DNA of 63,831 nucleotides, filler included, from Folioceros fuciformis (lineage: Eukaryota): assembly GCA_049999805.1 (NCBI GenBank). It is 4 parts of 3 records of this genome, joined end to end, with 100 filler letters (N's around TTAATTAATTAA, not from the genome) between each part and the next. Parts side by side here need not be neighbours in the genome. Positions count along the whole stretch, not along the records: positions 1 to 29,513 come from JBNGIO010006356.1; 3 more parts are not named here. One strand, 5' to 3'. Made by a program: the position numbers and the translations under genes. Numbering within the stretch: position 1 is the stretch's first letter; every line of letters begins with the position of its first letter. The notes under the pieces are model-generated. The model saw nothing but the letters and a program-made list of their open reading frames with translations. It was not told the DNA's origin and ran no database searches. Below, in pieces: positions 1 to 12,949 of this stretch.

Positions 1-664
1 TATCCTGAACCGCTTCCGCCTGCCTGTGCTCGAGACCATGCGCCCGCCGACTGGGATGGGCGCTACCAGAATTCGCCTGGAACCCGTAAGTTTTGATCGG
101 TGTCTGGCTGGGAACAAATAGACTCCATCCGTCAGCAGCGTTTCTGACTTTCCTGTTTCCTTCAGGACGCGATGGTGGCTCCTGGATACATGGCGAACGG
201 ACACAGCATGGTGTACTGCAGCAGGGGATCCGTCCGCGTGGAAGTGGTCAGGCCCAACGGTGAGCGCTGCTTGGACGAGGAAATGGAAGAGGGTCAAATG
301 TTGATGGTCCCCATGGGTCATCCGGTGATGAAGAGAGCTGGCCGCGAAGGTTGCGAGCTGATCGCCTTCACCACCACCGACATGTATGCGATACGCTTCC
401 TCACCACAAACCTGCTTCTGGGCGAATTCCTAATTCTTTTTAGCTGTTGTGATGTGAGCTTCCACTTGAGATGCGTGTGGTCCGTGTAAATGCAGGCCCA
501 TGGCGATGCACATGGCCGGGGAAAGCAGCGTGTTCAGGAACATGCCTCAGGAATTGCTGATGGCTGCATTCAACGTGGACCAGAAGCTGGTGACAGAGAT
601 GATGAAGCGCCGCACCAGACATGTTGCCATTCTGCCGCCGAGCCGTGACGAAAGAGAGGATTGA
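1..664 (+). CDS. 11S globulin/legumin-like bicupin storage protein, C-terminal cupin domain (5' part outside window)
   Basis: Exons ~1-85, 166-383 and 496-664 are joined by GT-AG introns. They give ILNRFRLPVLETM...MVAPGYMANGHSMVYCSRGSVRVEVV...EGQMLMVPMGHPVMKRAGREGCELIAFTT...MAGESSVFRNMPQELLMAAFNV, which follows the 11S globulin C-terminal cupin pattern. Confidence 0.85.
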
Positions 665-2237
665 CGCAGTTATAATCGTGGGGGCCACCCTCTTCACATC
701 GATCTCGAGATCGTCTACAAGAACCCGGAAGAACCACAAGTGTTTTGACTTCGATGAGAGAACGTGTCTGCATGTTGGGAAATTTGAGAGCTGGATTCAG
801 CATCTTGCTGACTAGCGCAATTCTGTCGTAATAAAGGTATCTTCTGGTGTTGTGGTTAGTGACGACTACTTTGATGCTTCCCCCGCAAAATGGATGAACG
901 GAAATGGAAGGCCCAGGCGGCGCGGACCACGGATGTGGAAAGCAGGATCCTGTCAGGGTTTCAACTCACCACGCGCTGGGACAACGCATTAGAGGTCAAA
1001 GGGGTGGCCATGGTTGATGCAGAACCCTCTGCCATCGATTGTGCCAGCCAGGGATAGATTCTCAAATGAGACTCCGGTACTAGCTGTGGCTTGAGGTCTC
1101 TAGCAAAGGCCGTTCGAGGGTTGTTTAACAGGGCCCGTTGAGAGGGAGAAGGTGGAGCCGGCTCGCCTCGCCGCTGCCACAACAATCCAAGACTCCATTG
1201 TCGGTGCGACATATCACGCTTTTGTCTGCACATTTAGACCTACAGCCACAAGGCACACCAGCACAAGCTGTCCACCAGCTTGTTGCTTCTCAAGGATCTC
1301 CTCCATGAAATAGCCAATCCTCGAGAGCGGCGAGAAGACCTGAATAGGTACCTCTCCCTGCCCACGGCTGAACGCTTTCCTCACGCTTTCACTTTCTCGG
1401 ATTGAACGAAACCTCCGCTCGCCATGGCGGGAACTCGAAGCGAGCAACACTCCCATCATCCGGACTGGTGAAGGTGAGACCTGTACTAATTTCCTTCAAC
1501 TTCGAATGCCTTCCGGCGTCAGTAGAAGACCATGGAATGGCGGACTAAGGTTTAGCCGAAAACGAAGAAGCTCAAGAGCTTTTCCAAACAAGATTGATGA
1601 CGCTTCGGCCGCACGCTCTGCGTACTCCAGGCTTGCGGCTCATTAGATGTTACACGCACGATGTGTCAATGTCATGAATGACCACAGCCGTGTCATGTCG
1701 TGTTCACATGTTCGCATGTGTACGAAATGTGAGTTGCGTGGGCCCGGGTTTCGTGACCTTTGGCTTGGTGTATTGCTTCGAGCCACACATCAAACAACAA
1801 TGCAGTTTGGACACGCGACTGCTGGAATACTTCCTACTCGTAGCCATTTCATGCTCTCACCGTGGCTGACCAGACCGGGCATTGGATGCTCTCTCTCCTC
1901 CATTTCAGCACGCCATGCGAAGTGGAGAAGCATTTTTTTTGGCGCTGTCTCGGCGGGCTTGTCATGCATTTCAGGTCAGCAGCTTTCTGAAGGAATCCTG
2001 ACTCCTGTATGCAGTAGTTGGGTGATTCGTCCTCTGCCTCCCGTTGCACAATCTTGTGTGACGGGAAGGACTTCATGCTGATGGGTATGAATCGGAATCC
2101 CTCTTTGCGTATTGCAGGACTGATTTGCAAGGCTCAGCTGGATATTCTCTGATCGGAGTCAAGTAGCTTAATTTTGCTCGGCAATGCCAGAAGCCAGAGC
2201 GTCTGGTTCATAGCTCCGTGTGTGCGGATCAGCAAAC

Positions 2238-5200
2238 ATGGGTAGCCCCACCGCTGCTATCTATTCTGTCCAACACTCCGTCATCAACAGCACTTGCCAC
2301 CGGCAGACCTTTCTTCACTGCTGCTCCAGTAAACTCCTGCGTTCTGAAAGTTCTGTCCATCCATGGCAGAAGTTACCTTCTCTGTTGAACCTGAGCAAGT
2401 CGTCTCCCCATCCCTTTATCCTATATGGCGCTGGCCGAAACTGTAGAAAGAGCCTGGCGACTGTTCAGGCAGTTTTGACCACAGATTCTAGTTCCAGGCT
2501 TGACAATCCAGACGATGAGAGTGGAAATAGACAATTAGCAGGGTCTGTGCTCGAGCCGAATGAAGGAAGTGGAGCAGGAGCAGAAGAGGGCAAAGAGCTC
2601 CTGAGTATAAAAGACTACATGCTGCAAGTCCAAGATTTGATAAAGCCGGATGGTGGTCCACCTAGGTGGTTCAGTCCTGTGGATGTAGGAGGATACCCAG
2701 CAGATGCGCCTCTTCTGCTCTTCGTTCCAGGTACTCTTTTGAAAACGACATCTTTATCCTGGTGATGTTCGCTTCCCCCTCTTGTACATATGGAAGTCAT
2801 TCTTCGTATCCCCATATGCAGGTATGGATAGCACAGGCTTGGGTTTACTTTTACATCAGCGCAATCTGGCAAGGTTGGTTGCCGCTCACCCATCTGATTA
2901 TGTTTGGGGTAAGTCCCGCTTGAATGTGAATTGAAAGACATGTCTAACTTTTGGCTATGCAGATTATTTGAAGTGAGGTGCTTGCACATCCCCCTCTATG
3001 ATCAAACCCCGTTCGAAGGTATGAGGACCTTGTGTCTGAGTTACTGCAGCAGGGTTGAAGGGCCCTAAGCAGCTGGTCTAAATTGCTAACGTCTGCAGGA
3101 CTTGTTGCAATCTTGGAGGAAACTGTTAGAGATGAGAGCTCTAAACGGAAAACTCCTATATACATAGTAGGAGAATCATTTGGCTGTTGTCTGGCCCTCT
3201 CTGTCGCTGCACGGAATCGTCAACTGGACCTCGTGCTGATTTTAGCGAACCCAGGTTGGCTTCTGATACCTTCATTTCCTCAACAAGTATCGTCACACTG
3301 TCCTTTTGTTCACAATGTTTTTGTCTTACAGCCTATCTAACGCACCCTGTATGATCATATCTGTAGCAACTTCTTTCGAACGAACACCGCTTCAACCACT
3401 ACTTCCTCTGCTTGACATAACTCCTGCAGGGGCCTTTAGGGTAGTCCCTTTCTTCCTCAGTACGACTCTTGGTGAGTGTAAGTTCGTGTCTCATGCACTT
3501 TTCTCTGTCATTGCAAACTTTCTAATGGAGAATGTCTTGAGTTGCAGGAAATCCAGTAAAGATGGCTTTAGCTGGTCTGGAAACAGGTTTATCTCCGTTG
3601 TTGAGAGCTAGAAAGCTAGCAGACGCACTGACAGGGTTGCTTCCAACCCTCCCTGTGAGTCCATGATTTACGTGGTATAGCACTTCTGCTGTGCAAATGT
3701 TGAGTTACGTCTTTCATGAATAACAGTTTGGCCTGTGTCATTGCAGACCCTTGCAGACATCCTACCCAAGGAGGTTATGCAATGGAAGATCAAGCTCATT
3801 AGATACGGTGCAAAATACACTAACTCACGACTTCATGCCGTGCAAGCAGAGGTTCTCTTGCTTGTGAGGTACATTACGTACAGAACGTACTCTCGTCGAG
3901 AACCTCCAGCTGGCTGAACTTGTACGAGCAATGATAATCTGGAGATGTGGTGATTTGCAGTGGGCAAGACCAGATGCTACCTTCTGCAGACGAAGCCAAA
4001 AGATTGAGAGGCATTCTGAAAAAGTGCCAAGTGCGCCTGTTCCCGGAAAATGGTCACACACTCCTTCTGGTACATAAACGCCTCCTGAGCTGGTGCAACA
4101 AGCTTGGAAGTTTCATGCAGAAATATTGTTCTGACTGTATCACGCGTTTGTCTGCCAGGAAGATGGATTGAACTTGGCTACTGTGATAAAAGGTACAAAC
4201 TCATACCGTCGTGGGAAAACATTCGACATTATCAGAGATTATACTCGACCTACTGACGTTGAGATCAAGGTTGCCCGTCAGGGACTAGAGTGAGTGTCTT
4301 TGTGCTGGCAACACGTGTCATTCTGAGAATCTGAGAAATCATGATAATCGCCCGACATGGGTTGCCTGTGCAGGCCGTTAAGGAGATTTTTCAGCCCCAT
4401 TTCGTGCACTCTAATGGAAGAAGGCCAAGTTCGACCTGGTTTTCCCACGGTTCTTGACACGAGCCGACCTCTGCTGTTTGTGGGAAATCACACCTTTGTG
4501 GGTTTTGATCTAGGATTCCTGGTTGATGAAGTCCTCCGGCAGTCGAATGTGTTACTGCGGGGCCTGGGCCACCCAATCATCACGATGAGCGCTCCTCCAG
4601 GTGGGAATCTGGTGGAGGCAGGGAATGTGAATGATTCACTTCGGCTGATGGGGGTGGTTCAAGTGAATGGAAGCAATCTGTACAAACTCTTGGAAAGTGG
4701 GCAGAGTGCTCTGCTGTATCCAGGCGGAGTTCGTGAAGCCTTCAAACGAAAGGTGAGTTCTCCTCCGTTCCCTTCAACTGTCTGTCCACTTTGCTGAAAT
4801 TGGAAGACTGAGATGTGCAAGTCCTCGATCCAGGGCGAAGCATATAAAGTGATATGGCCAGAAAGAGCGGAGTTTGTGAGGATTGCCATCCGTCATGGAG
4901 CTACCATTGTCCCTGTTGCGGCTGTTGGCGGAGATGACATTTTTGAAGTAAGCACCAATATTTCGTCTTGCGGCGTGGCCTTGAGCCAGCCAGACCCAGC
5001 GGGTCCCTGACCGTGTTGTCGCCTGCCGGCCTTTGCAACCAGATCCTCTTAAATCCCGAGGAGCTCGTCAAGCTACCTTTCATCGGCGAAAACATCAGGA
5101 AGACCGCTGAAGCCATTCCCCGGGCAAGGTGAGCCACATGCCGTGAGATTCCAGCTTGCGCTTGCAGATGGTGACTTGGATGTCAGGAACGCACCAATCT

Positions 5201-5602
5201 GTGGCATGGACGCGTTCAGGTTAGGTGCGGAAGGGGAGGTAGCGAATGAGGCGTTCGTGGCTCCACTTGGAATACCCAAGGCTCCCCCTCGACTGTACTT
5301 CCGCTACGGGAAACCAATCCCAACGCACGGTAAGACACGAAAGGCAGCCCAAGAACCGATGGTTGTGGGCAGGGTCCAGGAACTCATGCAACTTCTGGTC
5401 CTGGTTTGGTGATACAGGTCAGAGCCATCTTCTGCGGGATAGGAAAGCCACTCAGGAATTGTATTTACACGTGAAAGAAGAGATCGAGGCAGGGCTGAGC
5501 TACCTGCTCGAAAAACGTGAGCAAGATCCATACAAGGATTTAATTCCGAGACTCTGGTATGAAGGAAACCAGAAGAAACAGGCACCCACATTCGAGATGT
5601 AA
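2238..5602 (+). CDS. PES: Phytyl ester synthase-like protein (esterase/lipase/thioesterase domain plus DGAT/acyltransferase domain), multi-exon
   Basis: Motifs DGGPPRWFSP, PLLLFVPGMD, IYIVGESFG (hydrolase GxSxG), LLFVGNH, LLYPGGVREA and EFVRIAIRHGATIVP across GT-AG exons. N-terminus resembles a transit peptide. Confidence 0.92.
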
Positions 5603-6135
5603 GACGCGCCACACAATGTGCGTGCATACATACATGAAGTGATCTTCCCACCCACCTCACATTCCGGTAGACAAGGCTTGTACACCGCCGTAGTAACCCA
5701 GTAGCCAAGGCTAAAACAACGGAAGCGGTCAACATTTATGGCAACGGCACAAAAGTGCACGGACGGCAGGATGCAGGAAGAGCAGGCAATCGCTTGTCAG
5801 AAAGAGCCGTCGAGTCATACAGGGAGACTGGAGACAAACTGCAGGTGGGCTGTAGTTTTCCGCCTCTTCACACTCTCACCCACAGAGGCTCCGTCACCGA
5901 GGCTTTTCTCAAGCCTCGAGGAGGAACTTGTAGGCAGCTCCGTCCAGAGCTGCCACTTCCGCTGAGAGAAGGAAAGTCATGCGAGAGCAGGTTGCGGGAA
6001 TGCAAGCCTGACAAGCCCCCACGCACAGGCAGCAGGGCCCTCGGCGGGCTCAGATCTCTTGCCTTGAATGAATCAAGGAGCTACGACTCAGTGAAGCTTG
6101 GATGGTCTTCAGCTTAGCGAGGGAGCTGCAGAAGC

Positions 6136-6720
6136 ATGGATGATGAGAGCCGAGTGACGCCGCCCTTCAATGGCACGCGCTTGCCTGTCAGGCAGCGCCT
6201 GTCGGTGAAACGGAGGCTGAAGCCGGCGGCATCGGTGTCCCCTGCCACGGATCATGACATGGAGGAGCTGTCTGCGCGGAGACTGGCTTTGTTTGAGCCC
6301 TTGGGTCCTTCCAGCCTGAGCCAGATTGGGTCCCCCGAGAGCGTTATTCCTCCGCCGGACTTCGAGCCTTCCTCGAATCCCCGTGACTGGGTGCTAGGGA
6401 AGAAGCGGAAGCTGGTGAACGTGGATGTTGTGGAGAGCATGCGCAGGATTGCTGTACAGGAGATGAATCGGAAGGACAGAGAGATTAATGGCTTGAATGA
6501 ACAATTAGAGGAGGATGGGCGGACCATGGAGCTCATACAGATGCAGCTGCAGCAGGAACGATCTAAAAGACAGCAGGTGGAGCGTGAAAACGCAGTTTTG
6601 CAAGGCAAGGTGAACATGCTCATGGCTTACCTCCAGGAAACGGAGGAAGGAGAAGCGATGTCGGAAGACGGTGAACAAGGACACAGTGCAGATCCTGGGG
6701 CTACTCGCTTGCGACCATAA
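6136..6720 (+). CDS. HEADING DATE REPRESSOR 1 / knotted1-binding protein 36-like coiled-coil protein, single exon
   Basis: 194-aa ORF with PPPDF...[43 protein letters not shown], which I recognise as the conserved core of this plant family. Confidence 0.8.
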   Translation: MDDESRVTPPFNGTRLPVRQRLSVKRRLKPAASVSPATDHDMEELSARRLALFEPLGPSSLSQIGSPESVIPPPDFEPSSNPRDWVLGKKRKLVNVDVVESMRRIAVQEMNRKDREINGLNEQLEEDGRTMELIQMQLQQERSKRQQVERENAVLQGKVNMLMAYLQETEEGEAMSEDGEQGHSADPGATRLRP

Positions 6721-7314
6721 CTATGCTTTGATTTTGCTTCCCTTGCACCCTGGCTGACCTTGTATTATATGTTATGTATGTAGGAGATGAGGAGCTATGG
6801 CCAGCCAGCCATTCCTGTGTGTGGATCTATCGATTGATGCTTGCCCAGTTAGTATTCAGTAACGTATTCATTGCCCCAATATTGGATGGAACATTTCGGA
6901 ATGATAAGTGCAACCACTTTCTTGCAAGGAATAAGAGTATTGCAGAGAAGCATCTTGTCTTGTTGGCGCAAGCTCCCTTCAGACCTCACTCTTGGCTACA
7001 CAAGACCGGAAACGCAAGGCTGCGTTTGAAGAGACAAATTGTTCGGCTTCTCTTCCTTAGGTGTGCTAGGGCCTGCAAGCCTCGTCCGTGTGAATTTGCT
7101 GCTGTAGAAGGTTCCAACTACCAGATCCGGATTTTGACAGCGGCCGTGCATTGTAGTCTACTGTGGTGCGAAATACAAGGTAGCATGGAACAGTCCATGT
7201 TGCAGTCACGTGAACGGTGGTAGGTCAGGGAACGTCCCCGTAGCATGTGTAAGCAGTCTAAAATCCGTAACACTACAGAATAACCTACATGCCATTCCTT
7301 GTCGGCACATCCTT

Positions 7315-8259
7315 TTAAGCTGGTTCTGGAAATTTGGTACCAGAGCCAGAAGGAATCACAGGGACGGAAGGACTGGAGAACAGCTCCGGATTGATGAAAG
7401 GAATAAGGGCCATTGTCATGGCGTGCTCATAGTAAGCTTGCGTCGTGATATCATTCCCAGCGAGAAGCCCCGCAGTTCCAGTTGAAGACTTGGTGCTTTC
7501 CCGCTTGAAGTGCTTGTCATCCACGTCTAACATCTCTTTACCACCTTCCACTGCACCATACACAGTCCAGTCCACAAACTTCGTCAAGGGTATGTAGTGA
7601 AGGAACCTAGGCTATGTTAAGAGCACCAAGAAGTGCGGAATACCTGCTATAAATTCAGCCAGCGGAGGAGGCAACATGAATGCTACTGTACGTGCCTTGC
7701 CCTCCAAATCCTTGCTAAGCACAACCGCCCATGCAAAACACAACAGCTGGGGCTCTTCAGTGAAACTGCACCATTCAACACCACCCTCGATAGCAACCAC
7801 AAAATCTGCCTCCTCGGCCATGTGGCCTGCGTTCTTCACTCTGTTTCTCGTTCCCCGCACACATTCTTCATCGCTGAAAGGCTGTTCACTCGCCTCAGAC
7901 TGCACACCTACGCTGCGAAAGTGGAGAGACGTGTCAGGGAACAGCCGCTGGAAAGCCGTTGTCACTGCATGCACTGTCACACGGTTCTTGGAAGCAACAA
8001 GCACTGTCATAGTATGGTGACCAACCAACATCTCCTGGGAGTGGGCTTGCCTCCAGTTGCTGTTGCTCATCACCAGTCTCCTTTGCCCAGAAACGTCAGC
8101 AGCCGAACCGCAAAAGAGGGAAGAATCGGGAGCAGCTACCAGAGCCCACCACCAGTTCTGAGCTGCTGCAGTCAACACCACACCGGATCTTCCAACTGGG
8201 GTCACTTGACTCAGGGGGGCAACAGCCTTGGCGCTGGGCGCCGACGGACGTGGTGGCAT
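7315..8259 (-). CDS. YjjX-family inosine/xanthosine triphosphatase (non-canonical purine NTPase) with N-terminal extension; 2 exons
   Basis: VLVASKNRVTVHAV, SEASEQPFSDEECVRGTRNRVKNA, ADFVVAIEGG and GKARTVAFMLP. A 93-nt GT-AG intron (7643-7551) joins in frame to GKEMLDV...GTAGLLAGNDITTQAYYEHAMTMALIPF. Motif order is colinear with E. coli YjjX. Confidence 0.85.
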
Positions 8260-9710
8260 TGCAAGGCTTTTGGCATTGCCTTCTCAATTGGACAAAGTAG
8301 ACGTCCATCAGTGCCGAGACACTTCGTGCTCCTTCAATTATTTTAGGATATACAAAATACACACGTTTGCGTACGCGTTTCGAGACGCTGGTGTGGAACT
8401 TGCGCAATACGCACTACAAACACGACCAGGCCCCCCAAGTTTGCGTGGTGAATCCGGTTTTCAGTTTTATCAATCATTAAAGCAGTACATCTTCAAACAA
8501 CAACAGGAGAGACCTAGTCCCTTTCTCAAGGGCCTGCAGATCACAAAATTCTTGCTGCCTTATCACAAGTCATTGATTTGGGCATCATAAGGGAAGGCAC
8601 TTAAAGGGCATGATTCCCTTCTTTGGAGACAACCTTTTTCTCCTCTGGAGACAACCTTCCCCTCCATACTCAATTCCCTACCAACCTATGTACATGTTCT
8701 TTTAAGAAGCCAAAGTAATAGTCAAGAAGAATCTAATAAGTTTAGCACTCAGTTGAGCCCATGTTCATTTTTGCTTCGTCGATGAGTCTTTACCAATCCC
8801 AACGAGATGGATATCAAGCTTGTCCATTCCTCATCTTGATGTCACAAGTCTTTCACTCTTTAGTTGTTTGAGAACCTTCCCATACTCCATCACAATGATC
8901 ACCCCTCTTCTGCAAGTCCTTGCATGTGATGACGACGCTTGCAATAGCTCTTCTAGTTGATCTCGATCTCCACTTATAAATTTCGCATAGCTTATAATGG
9001 TAAAAAGTATATCACTGGTCTTCTTTGGTGGAGACAAATCAAATGCTATCCAAGACCAAGAGAACAAATTACGCTCTTAAGACAAACTAAACAAAACTAT
9101 TCATGTCAAACATCTAAGTCATTGTAACTTAACAATCTGTATGATCTACATTGAGAGAATCACAAGTTCAAGAACAAGAAAGAACAATTTGTATCATAAA
9201 TACACTAGTTGGCCATTTTGCTTAAGTAATTATGATCATGTTTAGAGTGACATATTGTATATATATTTATCTTAATTTTTTTAATAACTTTATTCTTAAG
9301 GACATATTACAAGAGCTTTCACCATATAGGATTGACCACCTTCTATCACTTCACAACCCTATGTCAGCACTTTAGTGGGTCAGGCTTAGGGTTTATAGTT
9401 TGCCATACCTGCTCTCAGACCTAAGTGAAAACTATTCCAGCCATAAAATAGAGCTCCGAACCGTCGTGGTAGTTGGTAGTGGCGTGAAGAAAAATCTGAC
9501 GTACATGATTTTTTGATGGAAGGCGGGGTTTTGCCGACTAAGTGAAAGGTTTTGCCAGTGCGAAAGGTGTTTTCCGATCGGGGTCCTGATCACCGGAATT
9601 GGATACCCAGCAACAGCCAACAATGTTTTTAACTGTCGTCTTGCCGCCCGCATCCACTTTGAACGAGGCCTGTTCCTGTGTGCAAGCCATACCGGGGTGA
9701 TCTCACTCAG

Positions 9711-12700
9711 ATGGCTCCTGCGCAACACTGGGTTGAGACGAACAGGAGTACCAGGTATTTGTGACTCTGGTTTCCTGAAGGGCATTGCTGCTGGGTTGGT
9801 TGAGCTACAATTTCTGCACTCTTAATGCTTGTCAGATCTAGGACTGAGATGGGACCGATGACCACGCGCACCCCCACCCAATGCACTGGCACTGAGAACA
9901 GTTCGAGCGAATTCGAGAGCCAGGAGCAGTTGTTTGTGTGCACTCGATGCCGCTGTGAAAGTGACAAAAGTCTCCACAGGCTGCTTTCAGAAGTGAGTGT
10001 TTGTGCCATTGTTTGGCATCTTTTATGAGCGGCGCCAGATTCTGCAGAAACCATGTGCTTAAAAGCCTGAAGTTGGAGTTACGGTGTGCAATAGGCGTTG
10101 CTGTGGAGGAAGGAGAAAGCTCGGCTGAAGGAGCTCCTTAGGACCACAACTAATGCCCTAGAGGACAAGGCCTTTGCTTTGACATCCTACCAAGCATCGC
10201 TCGCGGATTTGCTCATAGCTCAGGTTTGTGCGGATAATAGTGAAGAGTCTGATTCGTCGCCGTCGCCTGCATGCATCCATGTGCTCATGGATGGGTTCAC
10301 AGACGGACAAGGATGCCTCTGATTCGCTTAGACCTATCCATATGTTGGCGTTGGACTTGAAGGATCGGCTGTCGTTCAGGTCAGATCGTACATTCAAAAT
10401 GTGTGCTTCGTATCGGATAGATAGCAGGTTCTGACCAGTACAGGGAGTTTGACTTAATCGGCCTTCGTACTTGTTTCTGTAGCGAGATGCAAATGGAGCT
10501 TCTTCGGGAAGAGCGGGATCGAAGTGTCCTCAGCTTGTCAGTGAGTGTTGATTGTTTGACGAGTAGGCAAGCACCAGTGCTGGAGGACATCGTTTGTGAA
10601 ACTCACACCACAGGAGCCGTGTGATGGGTCGAACACTCTCAGGAACTAGAGAAGAAGGTTGCAACGTGCACATCCATTGCAGAAGAACAGTCGGAGTTCA
10701 TACGGTGTCAGCTAACTACGATTCATAAGATGGTGGAAAGGTAATATCCACTGTCAAACATGACTTCCCCTAATTAATTCCACATGCAGAATGACATGGG
10801 TGCAGTCTGGGCAGGGCAATTTCAGATAGACGTTTCCCAGTTTTGTGGATGCAGGGCAAGCCATCATCAGAGCATGTTACAGCAAGTTGAAATGGACAAG
10901 AAGAAGGTCGTGTTATACTTGAGCCTCTCCAACACCGTGCCGTTTTCCAGTTCGATCACCTGCTGTAAATGGTTACAGTCCTCACTTTGTCTGTGGCAGG
11001 AACTTAAGCAACTAGAGGAGAAAATTCTGTGGCATCAACAACGCGCAGCTGTTCAGGTAGCTATGGATGAGTGCGTTGTCTTGAAACATGAAGTAGGTCC
11101 TTCATCTTGACGACGCAAATGATGTTGCATCGTAATCCCTCTTTGATGTCGTACCAGGAGGGAAGACTGAATCAGCAAGCACAGGAAACTGAGGCCGCTA
11201 AAGTTCAATGTCGTGCGGTACGTCTCATTTGTTCTAGGCTAACATCATGCCGTGAATTGCGTGAATATCGCAATAAGATCAGCAAATCAGGTCATCTGGG
11301 GACAATGGTCTTTTTGCGTATATGATGAGGCTAATGTGTTTGTCCTTGTGAACAGTTAGAGAAAAGAGCTGCTGCCCTGGAAGAGCTCTTGCAGAATCAG
11401 GTATCGCTAGTTAGTGAGAAGCACCATGGCACCAACTCCCAGTCAAACCATGTCAAGAGTTTAAGGGTCTCGGTCATGACAGATGGCTAGCTATCAAGAA
11501 CTAGAGAAGGAGCTTAGTGCAACAAAAGAGGAACTGGGACAGAACGTCGACAAATCTGCTGAACTACAACAAGCTCACGTGAGCCATCCCAAGGGTTGAG
11601 GTTTACAATTAGGTCTAGGTCTGAACCATTTGGAATGTATGAACTTGAAGGCCTCTCACCAAAATGCAGGAACGTATGGAGCAAACATGGGCTGATAATG
11701 CACGACTGTTGAAGCTTCTTTCTGCAACTGGCATGTTCCACGAGCTTTTCAATGGTAAGGAGGTTCGTCCCATTTGTTTCAGCTGGTCACTCCATTCAAT
11801 GTGCAGTATGGACCAACCTTTATCTTGAATAATTCGCGTGATTACCACCTGATCTTGGTGGGATAACAGAGATGCGGAACAGTAGTGGGGCAGTCTATCT
11901 GCCATTGACAGCAAAAGCATCCAAGTTTCAGGTGATGGTCTGGAGCTCATGAACTGATAAGTTGCCTTCTAACCAACAGTCTCAGAGAACCGCCTGAGAA
12001 CTTACATATGCTGTATTCTTGCAGAGTTTGGTGGAGCGTTACCACACCTCAAACGGTCGGACGGCCAACCCTAAGCTGGAGGCCGACAATTGGTAAACAC
12101 AGGAGGTGCCTTTATCGTGGACGTGAATATCTGCGTAACATGTAGAATTATCATCTTATGTCTCCCGCTGTTCCATGTGCACTGACCGCCCACAGGGTAC
12201 CAGTCGAGGCGTTCGACATTGTCTCGGACTTTCGTCAGCAATACTGCCCATCAGTGCCCATGACAGCAGTCAACGATCTCTTGGTAGATGAGCCAACTGT
12301 GTTAGCTATCTGCAGTGACATATTCCAACTTCGACAATGCTCAAGAACTCTTTCGCTGTGCAGGCTCAGTTAGCCTACTTCTGGAGGGAACTGGAAAAGC
12401 GAAAAGTGGTGCGTACATATTTGCTGCAGACGCCAGTACAGATTAGCTAGCTCCGTATCTGCGGTCTACCCTCTTGATGAGGATCTCCTGTAGGCCCAAG
12501 TCAAGACAAGGACCGAGAAGGCACTGATAGATCTGAAGCGCCAGCATTCTATGAGCCGCCAGTATGATGAAGTAAGATCCCTGCTAAGCTCCCTGAGTTT
12601 GTTCTGAAACAGAACCTTCTTTTGAGTTACGAGGTGAACTCACGTCCAAGAACCGTTTGCTTGTCTTGCAGGTTGTGGGACCTTCGTTTGTAAAACCTGT

Positions 12701-12949
12701 CCGTCTCAGACGAGGGCAAAACAAGGTCTGGCAACTGTCGTACTGGAGGAAGTGAACGTGCAACACGTGTGGCCCTTTGAAGCTTCTTGACTATCGACCG
12801 TGTTCTCTGTTAGACGTTGAGCTCTGGACTGCTGCTTGCAGGTTGTGGGGTCATCTGTCACCCAGCCAGTTTCTGCCAAGCATCGTTATAACACTAAGGT
12901 TGAAAAGCGTCAGCCGTTCTTCTTTCAGTGTACATGGCCTTCAGTGTAG
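9711..12949 (+). CDS. Uncharacterised multi-exon (~16 exons) coiled-coil protein
   Basis: Short GT-AG exons join in frame: ALLWRKEKARLKELL / EMQMELLREERD / ELKQLEEKILW / LEKRAAALEELLQNQ / DNARLLKLLSATGMF / WVPVEAFDIVSDF / FWRELEKRK / LIDLKRQ. Start and end are approximate. Confidence 0.7.

Noticed and set aside
961..1459. Minus-strand ORFs between the cupin and PES genes
   Set aside because: No recognisable family and no convincing splice model.
7633..8346. 237-aa ORF antisense to YjjX
   Set aside because: Antisense shadow with no motif support.
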